Positions 11,241-20,493 of a stretch of 64,000 bases of DNA are shown here, in pieces; the stretch's first letter is position 1, and the number at the start of each line of letters is the position of its first letter. The notes beneath the pieces are model-generated. The model searched no databases. It was not told the DNA's origin and was given only the letters and a program-made list of their open reading frames with translations. A program made the translations under genes and the position numbers. The stretch is taken from assembly GCA_963762995.1 (NCBI GenBank), contig CAVXMQ010000025.1:269749-333748 (forward strand). Reading direction: 5' to 3'. This DNA comes from an uncultured Acidobacteriota bacterium. Its GTDB lineage: Bacteria > Acidobacteriota > Vicinamibacteria > Vicinamibacterales > 2-12-FULL-66-21.

Positions 11241-12755
11241 TTGCGCAGCTTCATCTGTATCGCCGTAACGGTTCCGGTCCTGCTGACCAGCGTAGTGGCT
11301 GGCCCCCCGTCCGCCCGTCCCACCCCTGTTTACGTGCCCCTGCACAAGGGGAGCATCGACCTCGCGACCGGGCTCTACATCCGCGTCAACGAGGACCTGG
11401 TCGTCCAGGGGACGCCGCTCCTCGCGCTGCAGCGGACCTATGTGTCGGGTCACCGCGCCAAGTACCACTTCGGGATCGGTACGACGCACTCCGGCGAGGA
11501 CTACCTGATTGGTGACGGCGAACAGTTTCAGTGGACGGCGCTGATCCTGGCACGCGGCACGCGGATCAACTTCAAGCGGGTCACTCCGGGGACGACGCTG
11601 CTCAACGCGCGCTTCGAGCACGAGGAAACCGCGACCGAGTGGAACGGCGCCGAGCTTTCATGGACGCTGTTGCATTGGACCCTGAAGAAGCGCGACGGCA
11701 GCGTGATGGTGTTCCGCGGGTGCGGCAAGGGATCCGTCTGTTCGATTCTCAAATCGACCGACGCGCAGGGCCGGACGATCAACTACCGGCGCAACGCCAC
11801 CGGACGGCTGCTGAAGATGGAAGCCGCGAAGGATCGCTGGATCGCGTTCGACTACGACGCCGAAGGCCGCATCGAACGTGCCTACGACAGCGTAAAGCGC
11901 GACGTGCGCTACAAGTACGACGCCCGCGGCCGGCTCGAGCGGGTAACCGGGAGTGACGGATCGGTTCGTCGCTACACCTACAGCGACCTCGACGAGCTCG
12001 AGGGCATCGAGGAGCCCGGCACCTCCATCACCAATACCTACGAGGATGGACGCTGCGTCCGCCAGGCCAACTGGTATCCGGACCGTGATCCCTACGTCTT
12101 CGAGGTGAAGTATCAGGTCGACGGACGACGGGTGCATCGCACGCGCATCAGCGAATCCAACGGCACCTGGCGCGAGTATGCGTGGGACGATCGGAAGTCA
12201 TCCGTCAGCGAAACCTCCGGCCGGAAAGGATCGGAACCCGTCCTCGTGATGTTCGAACGCGATCCCGTGTCCCGTCGAATGACGTCGCTGACCGTTTCGT
12301 GCCGGGACCGCGACGGCCGTCCCGTGCGGCAAGCCACAGACGTCAGGAGAGGGGAAGAAGAGCTCCTGAAGCGTGCCCTCGTGCAGAAGGTACTGCTACT
12401 GACCGACGCCGCGTCCGGGTCTCGAGTCCTGAGCCCCAGCAGCCCCGAGCCCGAACCCCGGACAGCGGCGTCAGCTTTTAGAAGGGCCACCACCCGCTGC
12501 GATTATTCGTGGTGCCGCGATATTGGCCGCGATACCCCTCCAGGAACCCATCACGATACTCAGTGGCGTACTGCTCTCGCGTGCCGTAGCGGCTTTCGTA
12601 TCCGCGGTTGGCGGACTTGTACCAGCCGTGCCGCGCGGGATCGAAGGCATCGTTGTCCCGCGTGTCTTCCTGCGCCTTCGCGATGCCGTCCTGGTAGCCG
12701 TTCCGAAACGGCAGCGAACCATAGGCTCCGCTGCGCGGATAGCGCGGCGGGATAG
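11241..12755 (+). CDS. YD/RHS-repeat protein (3' end uncertain)
   Basis: Repeated YD-type units are DAQGRTINYRRNATGRLL, FDYDAEGRIERAYD, YKYDARGRLERV and YTYSDLDEL. The last roughly 280 nt of the ORF overlap a convincing opposite-strand gene and are probably not coding. Confidence 0.6.
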   Translation: MRSFICIAVTVPVLLTSVVAGPPSARPTPVYVPLHKGSIDLATGLYIRVNEDLVVQGTPLLALQRTYVSGHRAKYHFGIGTTHSGEDYLIGDGEQFQWTALILARGTRINFKRVTPGTTLLNARFEHEETATEWNGAELSWTLLHWTLKKRDGSVMVFRGCGKGSVCSILKSTDAQGRTINYRRNATGRLLKMEAAKDRWIAFDYDAEGRIERAYDSVKRDVRYKYDARGRLERVTGSDGSVRRYTYSDLDELEGIEEPGTSITNTYEDGRCVRQANWYPDRDPYVFEVKYQVDGRRVHRTRISESNGTWREYAWDDRKSSVSETSGRKGSEPVLVMFERDPVSRRMTSLTVSCRDRDGRPVRQATDVRRGEEELLKRALVQKVLLLTDAASGSRVLSPSSPEPEPRTAASAFRRATTRCDYSWCRDIGRDTPPGTHHDTQWRTALACRSGFRIRGWRTCTSRAARDRRHRCPACLPAPSRCRPGSRSETAANHRLRCADSAAG

Positions 12756-13089
12756 CTGCGTGTCCGCGTGGGATGGCGCGCCCCCCGGTCGTCCGCCCGT
12801 TGCGCGCGCGGCGATCGATCGAGGGATCGTAGCTATTCCACGTCCCGGTGTTGTCCCCGTAGATCACACGCGCGTTGCGGCTCTGTGAGGCGACGCGCTC
12901 CGCGTCGTCGCAGTTGGTGGCGCGCGGCTGCCGTCCGGGCGGGACGCCGTCGTACCACACGCGGCATTCGCCGGCGCGCGGCATCTGTCCTGGCGGGATC
13001 CCCTGGGCGTTGTTTCGACGTCCCTGCGCGGCCGCGGGTGCAGCGGCGAGGGCAACGAGTGCAAATGCGACAAGCGCGGTTGTTCTCAT
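12478..13089 (-). CDS. Secreted hypothetical protein (Gly/Arg/Tyr-rich)
   Basis: The signal peptide is MRTTALVAFALVALAAAPAAAQG. I chose the ATG at 13087-13089 inside ORF 12478-13122. Confidence 0.6.
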   Translation of the reverse strand: MRTTALVAFALVALAAAPAAAQGRRNNAQGIPPGQMPRAGECRVWYDGVPPGRQPRATNCDDAERVASQSRNARVIYGDNTGTWNSYDPSIDRRARNGRTTGGRAIPRGHAAIPPRYPRSGAYGSLPFRNGYQDGIAKAQEDTRDNDAFDPARHGWYKSANRGYESRYGTREQYATEYRDGFLEGYRGQYRGTTNNRSGWWPF

Positions 13090-13241
13090 GGACGGGTCCT
13101 CCGATGCCGGTCCATGGAGCAATCGCAGTTCCAGCCGCGATACCGCGAATTCCGAGGTAAATCGAAGGGTACCAGTCGAGCTGTCCCGTAGCGTAGACAG
13201 CAGTTGAGGACAATCCGTCGTCGAAGGTAGGATGCGCGGAT

Positions 13242-13265
13242 GTAGGCCGGGTCTTTAGACCCGGC
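13242..13265 (+). repeat. Second copy of the GTAG hairpin REP-like element (GTAGGCCGGGTCTTTAGACCCGGC)
   Basis: It is identical to 11091-11114 except for one loop base. Confidence 0.7.
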
Positions 13266-13276
13266 AGGAGGTACGC

Positions 13277-13810
13277 GTGAATCTTTTGCTGCCACTCACC
13301 CTCGTCGCTCTCTTCGCAACCCCACAGGCGCCCATGACCCCGAAGCCTGGCGCCGAACACAAACTCCTCACCGCCGACGCCGGCACCTGGGACGCCGTCG
13401 TCGAGTTCCACGCCGAACCCGGTAAACCGCCGATGAAGTCCAAGGGGGTCGAGGTCAATACGATTGGCTGCGGAGGGCTCTGCCTCATCACCAGCTTCAA
13501 GGGAGAGATGGCCGGCGGGCCGTTCGAGGGGGCCGGTGTGACCACCTACGATCCGAAGAAGAAGAAGTACATCAGGAGCTGGACCGACTCGATGTCCGCC
13601 GGGCTGTCGATCGGCGAGAGCACCTACGACGCGAAGACGAAGAAATGGACCGGCACGATGGAAGGCCCCGACATGAGCGGCAACATCATGAAGGCCCGCT
13701 CCACCATGGAGGTCACCGCCGCCGGCACGCGCGTCTTCTCGCTCTACGGTCCCGGACCGGATGGGAAAGAAGCCGTGATGATGAAGATCACCTACACGCG
13801 GCGGAAGTAA
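13277..13810 (+). CDS. DUF1579-family protein
   Basis: A signal-like N-terminus is followed by HKLLTADAGTWDAVVEF...GVTTYDPKKKKYIRSWTDSM...TGTMEGPD, which resembles DUF1579 proteins. Confidence 0.6.
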   Translation: MNLLLPLTLVALFATPQAPMTPKPGAEHKLLTADAGTWDAVVEFHAEPGKPPMKSKGVEVNTIGCGGLCLITSFKGEMAGGPFEGAGVTTYDPKKKKYIRSWTDSMSAGLSIGESTYDAKTKKWTGTMEGPDMSGNIMKARSTMEVTAAGTRVFSLYGPGPDGKEAVMMKITYTRRK

Positions 13811-16638
13811 TCACTTTACGGAACCGAGGTATCTGTCGTACCAGCTCAAGGTCTCGCGGAAGAACACCCGCATGTCGCTCGGCACGTGACCGCCTTCGAG
13901 TTCGATCAGTCGCTTGTGCTCGGCGGGAGTGCCGAGGAGCTCGAGAAAACGCCGACGATGGGCGGGCGGAACCGCGAAGTCGTTCGTGCCATTGACGAGG
14001 AGCACCGGCGTCGTCACGCGCGGCATGAAGTTCGCGGTCTGTGTCTCGGGCGGCGAGTTGAAGCGCAGGCCGCCGGCCGCGAATACCGCTGCCTTGAACC
14101 GCGGCTCGAGCGCCACGGGGATCGGACCGAAGAAGGCTCCGAGACTGAGGCTGTAGTAGCCGAGCCGCGACTTGTCCACGTCGGCGCGCGATTCGAGGTA
14201 GTCGACCGACCGGAAGACTTCCTTCGCCCACAAGACATTCCGATCGCGCGATTCGCTCGTGCCCACTGCCACCGGCCGGCGCCGCTCGTAGGTGCCCTCG
14301 TACACCGGGTAAATGACCGCGCGGCCGCTGCGGACGATGAATTCGAAGGTGACCAGGTCGAGCGCGTCGCTCGACGGAATCTCGCGCGCGTACGAGCTCG
14401 GAAAGTACACGATGGTTTGGTACGGTGGCGAGACGTTCTTCGGCACGAAGAAAAACGCTCGCAGACGTTCCCCTGACAACCCGGCGAAGCTCACCGTTTC
14501 TTTTCGCCAATGCGGCGACCCATCGTCCACCGTCTCGATTCGTGCGTCGAGCGGCACGCGATCGTAGCGGTAGAAATTTCGAAGCAGCACGAACTGCTCG
14601 TCCGATACCGGCACGAGGCTGTTCGGGTCGCCAGTCACGTACGGGATGGGGGCGGTGGCCTCTGGCGCGTCCCCCGTCGTCTTCATCAGACGGACGCCGA
14701 ACGTGGCATGGCGTTCCCAGGGATTCCGTCCTTCGGGTTCGTAGAACCGGTATGCCGGTTCGTTCCAGCTGCCGCCGACGATGTAGCGGAGAGCGCCGGT
14801 GGCCGTGTCGTTGATGCACCACTCTTTCACGTTGCCGGCCATGTCCAGGGCGCCCCACGGGCCGATGCTGTCGCGCGCGCCCACCTTCGCCGCTCCCTTC
14901 GCGTCGAAGTGACTGAGGAGCAGCATGTCGGAGAAGACCTCGTCCACTCCTGATGCGTTGAACCAGTGATAGAACGTCATCAGGCTCTTGCCGGCGAACT
15001 CGGCGTACGCGGCGGCTTCGAACCAGCTGATGCCGCCGACCGGGAAGTCGTCCTGTCCCTGCTGGTAGCTGCCGAGTTCCCACGTCGAGGGTCCGGGCTG
15101 TCCCGTGGAATCCTTGAACCTTCCCATCACCTCTTCGAACTCGAGGTCACGCGTCCCTTCGCGGAACGGCTGCTTCCAGTACTTCCGGTCGCGGTATCCG
15201 CCGGCATCCACGAAGCGCTTGAAGTCCTTGTTGGTGACCTCGAACTTGTCGATCCAGTAGTCGGGTACCAGCAGAGGCTTCGCCACACCGACGGTGATTC
15301 GCCCACCCGGGACGAACACCATCCCGGATGGACCCGCGCCCGTGGGTGTGAGCTTGATCGGCGGCCGGCCCGGCAAATACGCGATGTCGAGAGGCTCGTA
15401 GCCGGACTTGGAGATGCGAAGCCGATACAGGCCCTGCGGAAGCGGATACCTGAGCAACGGCGTGGCACCGAGCGGCTCCCACGCACCGTCTCGTCGAGAT
15501 AGTTCCGGATCGCGACCTGCGCTCCCTCGGGATCCGTGGTGATGTCGAGGCGCAGCCACGTATCGCGCGCGCGCGCGACTTCAGCGGGTGCGTAGCGCTC
15601 GGCATTGCGCGCGAGCCGCACGGCCTCGAGCGACTGCGCCGTCTGGTGCAAGCGTTCGATCTCCGGGATCGCGACCTCGCGCGCCCATCGCGCTCGCCGC
15701 GCATTCAGCATCTGCCAGGCGCCGATGCCCGCCACAGCGATGAGCAGCAAGGCGACCGGAATCAAGACAGCACGACGTCGCCACGAGGGCTCCGGTGGAC
15801 GCGTGAGCCGCGCGTGCGTCGTCATCAGCGCCGCGCGCAACGCTCCAGCGTTGGGATAGCGGGCAGCCGGATCCTTGGCGAGCGCGCGTGCGACGATCGC
15901 TTCAACGTCTGCGGGCGCGTCCGCGCGCATCGAGCGAAGCTGCGGCGGATCGTCCCGCAGGATCGCGCTGATCAAGCCGGCATCCGAGGAGCCCGCGAAC
16001 GGCCGGCGTCCGGTGAGCATCTCGTAGATGACGGCGCCGAGGGAAAAAATGTCCGACCGCGCATCGACCGGCCGTCCTTCGGCCTGTTCCGGCGACATGT
16101 AGGCCAGCGTCCCCATCACGATCCCTGGCACCGTCGCCATCGCGGTGATCGTCGGTTCGGACGGTCCCCGTTCGATCAGTTTCGCCAGACCGAAATCGAG
16201 AACCTTTACCCGCCCCTCGGGGGTGACGACGATGTTGGCCGGCTTGATGTCGCGATGCACGATGCCTCGTGCGTGCGCCGCGGCGAGTGCGTCCGCGGCC
16301 TGCATCGCATAGTCGAGCGCCGTGACGATTGGCAGCGCGCCGCCGGCGAGCGCCTTGTCGAGCGGCGTCCCTTCGACCAGCTCCATCGCGATGAACGTGG
16401 TGCCGGCATCCTCGCCGATCTCGTAGATCGTGACGATGTTGGGATGGTTGAGGGCTGAGGCGGATTGCGCCTCGCGCACGAAGCGATGGTGCCGATCGGC
16501 GTCCGCGGTGACGTCGGCGGGGAGTACCTTGATGGCCACCGGCCGCCCGAGTTTCGTGTCAACGCCGCGGTAGACGACGCCCATCCCTCCGCGGCCGATT
16601 TCCTGCTCGATCCGGTAATGCGAGACGACGCGGTCCAT
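13811..16638 (-). CDS. Ser/Thr kinase - TM - PEGA-like - FGE/SUMF1 domain - alpha/beta hydrolase fusion (one frame change near 15490)
   Basis: Kinase motifs are GRGGMGVVYRG, AIKVL, HRDIKPANIV, DFGLAK and GTLAYMSPE. The TM helix is AVLIPVALLLIAVAGIGAW. The FGE-like part is YWIDKFEVTNKDFKRFV...GGISWFEAAAYAEFAGKSL. A hydrolase-like C-terminus runs to 13811. Confidence 0.8.
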
Positions 16639-16755
16639 TCGGTGCGGCGATTATATGAAGCAGCTGACCGCTCGAGCGGGTGGCGGATTGTGTGGTAACC
16701 CTAATCAGGTCACCAGTTAGGTGCTATATTGGCGCCCACCCCCACAAGGAGCGTC

Positions 16756-17169
16756 ATGGCCCAGGACTTCACTGCGAATCTCGCCGTCCGGGTCGAAGCC
16801 GGCGCCGACGCCCTTCCCGAAGACATCGATCGGATCACGCGGCAGCTCTGTTCTGAACTCCGTGACTTCGGCGTAGAGCCGGCCAGTATGCCGGCCGGCG
16901 CAGCGCCGGCGGGAACCAAGTCGGCGGACGCACTGACCATCGGTGCGCTGACGATATGCGTCCTGCCCCCTATGCTCCCCAAGCTTATGGACTACCTGGA
17001 GTCATGGGTACAACGAGGGAGGGATCGCACGGTCAAGGTCAAGGTGCAAGTCGGCGATCGCATGATCGACGTCGAGTACCCCTCGAGCGCGCCCGACCCC
17101 ATCGTCGAAAATCTGATTCAGCGCATGAGCAAGGCGATCGACGTCGAGCGGACTGATCTGAAACCCTGA
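16756..17169 (+). CDS. EACC1-like (effector-associated constant component 1) small protein
   Basis: AAGGAG RBS at 16746-16751 precedes the ATG at 16756. The layout is an acidic N-terminal region, then a Gly/Ala linker, then the hydrophobic helix ALTIGALTICVLPPMLPKLMDYLESWV, then RDRTVKVKVQVGDRMIDVEY. This matches my memory of EACC1. Confidence 0.6.
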   Translation: MAQDFTANLAVRVEAGADALPEDIDRITRQLCSELRDFGVEPASMPAGAAPAGTKSADALTIGALTICVLPPMLPKLMDYLESWVQRGRDRTVKVKVQVGDRMIDVEYPSSAPDPIVENLIQRMSKAIDVERTDLKP

Positions 17170-17176
17170 GACCCAC

Positions 17177-20143
17177 ATGGCGCGCAAGCTGGCGCTCATC
17201 ATCGGCAATAGTCAGTACCAGGATGCCTGCCTCGCCAAGCTGACGGCACCCGAGGTCGACGTACGCGAACTCGTCGACACCTTACAGTCACCGAATATCG
17301 GCAGCTTCGACGAAGTGGTTCCACTCCTGAACGAGGACTGTGCCACGGTGCGGCGGGCGATCGCTCGCTTCTTCGACGCCAGGAGTCGCGACGATCTGCT
17401 GTTGATGTACTTCTCCGGTCATGGCGTCCGCGACGATCATGGCCATCTCTACCTCGCCGTCCGCGACACCGAACGCGACCTGCTCTCCGGCACAGCGATC
17501 GAAGCCTCATTCGTCACGGCCCGGATGGATCGCAGCCAGTCCAAGCGACTCGTCCTGATCCTCGACTGCTGCCACAGCGGCGCCTTCGGGTACGGAGCGA
17601 AGGGCGTGCACGGCGCCAGCGTCGGGACGGCCACGGCGTTCGAGGGCACCGGGCGCGGACGTGTCGTGCTCACCGCCACCGATTCGACCCAATACGCGTG
17701 GGAGGGCGATCAGGTCTCGGGAGAGACCGACAACTCCCTGTTCACGCATCACCTGATTGCCGGCCTCAAGAGCGGTGCGGCCGATCGTGACGAGGACGGG
17801 CTGATCACGATCGACGAGCTCTACGAGTACATCCACGATCAGGTGCTCAACGACACCACGAAGCAGACCCCTGGCAAGTGGGCGTTCGGTCAGCAGGGGG
17901 AGATCGTCATCGCCCAGAACCTGGCGCTCACTCGAGTCAAGCTGCCGCCGGAACTCGAAGAAGGCATCGCCAGCACGCTGCCGAGCGTCCGCCTGAACAC
18001 CGCGTGGGAACTCTACGGCGTCGCGCGCGGCCGGCATGAAGGGCGTGCGCGCGCCGCGCGTGAGGCCCTGCAGCGGCTCGCCGAGGACGACAGTCGGCGC
18101 GTCGCTGCCGCCGCGGTCGTCCTTATCCAGGCACTCGACGGCGGGGAAACCCTCGCCGAGGACGAGTGGAGGCGCCGCATTCGCGCGCTCGAAGAGCAGC
18201 AGTCCGGCCGAAAAACCGCCGCGGCGCAGGTCGAGTCGTACCTGGCACTGGCCCGTGAATGCATGGCTCGCCGCGCATTCGAGGACGTGCGGCTGATGCT
18301 TGCGCAGGTGTTGAAGCTGGACTCGGCAAACGCCGAGGCGCATGACATCGGCGTCGCACTGCAGCACGCATTGGAGGAGCAGAAGCGACTCGAGGCCGAA
18401 GCACTGCTGGCCAAGAAACTCCAGGAGCAGGAAGCGATCGCGGCGGCCGCCGAAGCCCGCCGCCTCCAGGAGGAGCAGCGCCGCCTCGAAGCGAAACAGC
18501 TCGCCGAAGAAGAGCAGCGCCGGCTCGAAGCGCAACGTCGTGCCGAGGAGGACCAGCGCCGGCTCGAAGCCCAACGCCTCGCCAAGGAGGAGCAGAGGAA
18601 GATCGCCGAGGAAGAGAAGCGGCGGATCGAAGCGAAGCGTCGCGCTGAGGAAGAGCGCCGGCTGGCCGAAGTGGCCGAGGAAGAGCGGGTCGAGCGCGAC
18701 GCCCATCAGGCGGTTGCCACCGCGGCGTCGGAGTTCGAACGTGGCCAGCATCATCGAGCGATTGGGATACTCCAACGGTTCACACCACCGCACCCCGTCG
18801 TCACTGAAGCCCTGCAGACGCTGACGGACCGGCTCGAGCGGCTGGAGCGGCAACGTGAGGAAGAGGCTGCCGCGCGCGCTGTGGACGAACAGTTCCAGCG
18901 CGCCGAAACTCTGGCACGGTTGCTCACGAGCGTGCGCGCGGCACTGAAAGCTGGGCGCACGCCTGAGGCGGCGCGCGCGCTGAGTGAAGCCCGCGCGATC
19001 GATCCCGAAGCGCCGGAGTTGAACGACCTCGCGGAGGCGATCCGTAAGGCGATCGAAAAGGAGGAGAAGGCACTACGGGCGCGCGAAGAGATCCACGACT
19101 CGCTGGAGCGCGCGACGAAATGCCTCGGCAGGCGGGACTTCGCTGGGGCGCTCGCGCTTGTTGACGCCGTGCTCGCCCGAGAGCCGCAGCACGCCGATGC
19201 CCTCGAGCTGCGCGTCAGAATCCACCAGGCCCGTCAGCAACCTGTCCCTCCCGGCGTCCTCGAGCGCGTGTCCACAGCCGTCGGTAGCCGCGGAGCCCGT
19301 GTGACAGTTGGCCTGATGCTCGCGGCGGCGTTGGGGATCTTCGTTTATCAGCAAGTCTCCAAGCCCGATCCTCAGCAAGGGATTGGTGTCCAGCAACAGC
19401 CATCTCAGACTGTCCCGCAAACCGAGCCGACGAAGCCGAAGACGGATCCCCCTCCGTCCGCCGCACAGAAGGACCCAGCGCCCGAGACGCCGGTACCAGA
19501 AGCGGCGCCCGCACCTGCCCCCACGGTTGTTCGCGATTCACGAGTCGCGACAGCCGAGCGCCGCGCCGTTCAGCAGATCGCTGCCGGAAACTCGCGACGC
19601 GCAATGGATTACGTCATAGAAGGCCTGGGCATTGCTCCCGACGACCCAGCCATGCGGAAGCTGCGGCGCGACATCAAGAACACGGCGCAGCGGGATGCGG
19701 AAGCGGCGCGCCGCAAGGCCGTTGCCGCCGGGCTCTCGCAGAGCTCGTCGTTCCAAACGGCAGACGGGCATCTCGAGGCGGGGCACCGCAGCACAAAAGC
19801 CGGTCGCGAGGAAAACGCGATTGGAGAGTATTTTCAGGCGACGAGGGGATTCACCGAGGCGAAGGCCGATCCCGAGCCGACTGATAAGCCGGCGCCAAAA
19901 CCTACGCCTCCACCGGCGCCCGCACCCGGACCCAAGCCGGCGGATCCCGTTGCCCCGCCCGTCCCCTCCGAAAGCTCACTGGTTGCGGGGATTGATGCCG
20001 CGTCTAAAAAACAAGGATGCCAGCGAGGCACGCCGCCTGCTCGGCGAGCTCGAACGGCTGTATCGGAACTCCGCACAGCTGGCGCGGATGCGTTCGGCGC
20101 TCGCGATTCTCGAGGCGCCACCACCAACGCCGTCCGGCTTTAA
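17177..20143 (+). CDS. Caspase-family (peptidase C14) protein with long coiled-coil, TPR-like, TM and Pro-rich regions (C-terminus probably extends to about 20.46 kb through further frame changes)
   Basis: ALIIGNSQY, the catalytic His in YFSGHGV and the catalytic Cys in LILDCCHSGAFG are present. There is a charged coiled coil, the TM helix VTVGLMLAAALGIFVY, and a P-rich tract. ORFs 19632-20357 and 20300-20506 carry a plausible continuation. Confidence 0.85.
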   Translation: MARKLALIIGNSQYQDACLAKLTAPEVDVRELVDTLQSPNIGSFDEVVPLLNEDCATVRRAIARFFDARSRDDLLLMYFSGHGVRDDHGHLYLAVRDTERDLLSGTAIEASFVTARMDRSQSKRLVLILDCCHSGAFGYGAKGVHGASVGTATAFEGTGRGRVVLTATDSTQYAWEGDQVSGETDNSLFTHHLIAGLKSGAADRDEDGLITIDELYEYIHDQVLNDTTKQTPGKWAFGQQGEIVIAQNLALTRVKLPPELEEGIASTLPSVRLNTAWELYGVARGRHEGRARAAREALQRLAEDDSRRVAAAAVVLIQALDGGETLAEDEWRRRIRALEEQQSGRKTAAAQVESYLALARECMARRAFEDVRLMLAQVLKLDSANAEAHDIGVALQHALEEQKRLEAEALLAKKLQEQEAIAAAAEARRLQEEQRRLEAKQLAEEEQRRLEAQRRAEEDQRRLEAQRLAKEEQRKIAEEEKRRIEAKRRAEEERRLAEVAEEERVERDAHQAVATAASEFERGQHHRAIGILQRFTPPHPVVTEALQTLTDRLERLERQREEEAAARAVDEQFQRAETLARLLTSVRAALKAGRTPEAARALSEARAIDPEAPELNDLAEAIRKAIEKEEKALRAREEIHDSLERATKCLGRRDFAGALALVDAVLAREPQHADALELRVRIHQARQQPVPPGVLERVSTAVGSRGARVTVGLMLAAALGIFVYQQVSKPDPQQGIGVQQQPSQTVPQTEPTKPKTDPPPSAAQKDPAPETPVPEAAPAPAPTVVRDSRVATAERRAVQQIAAGNSRRAMDYVIEGLGIAPDDPAMRKLRRDIKNTAQRDAEAARRKAVAAGLSQSSSFQTADGHLEAGHRSTKAGREENAIGEYFQATRGFTEAKADPEPTDKPAPKPTPPPAPAPGPKPADPVAPPVPSESSLVAGIDAASKKQGCQRGTPPARRARTAVSELRTAGADAFGARDSRGATTNAVRL

Positions 20144-20493
20144 CGAAGCGGGCGTGTCGGAAGCGGTTGAGGCCTATGTGAAGGCGGTTTCAAAGCTCGA
20201 CGCCGTCCGCGGTCCGCAATCTTTACCCGACGATCTCGAAGCGAGATCTCGACTCGATCAGAAAGGCGAGCAAGGACCTGAAGGGCTACCGAATGGGCAG
20301 TGCTCGACGACTGTAAGGTGCGCCTGCTCGATGGCTCACGCGCGATCGGTGAGATGACGGTGTTTCACAACGGGATCTCGAGAGGATGGAGTCGTCATCA
20401 ACCAATCGAAGAGCGAGGACTGGCAGTTCCAGTGGAACCGGCCAGCGCTGGGTACGCACCAAATAGCTCCCAGCGCCGGCCGTTACCCGATCG

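Noticed and set aside
12478-12755. 3' end of the YD-repeat ORF overlapping the secreted-protein gene
   Set aside because: The overlapping segment has lost the YD periodicity, and the opposite-strand gene has a clear signal peptide. The true stop probably lies before about 12481 after an undetected frame change.
17507-18853. 448-aa minus-strand ORF (and 18013-18585) antisense to the caspase coiled coil
   Set aside because: It mirrors the repetitive GAG/CGC-rich coiled-coil coding region and has low-complexity Leu/Arg/Gly content. The plus strand has a coherent caspase protein.
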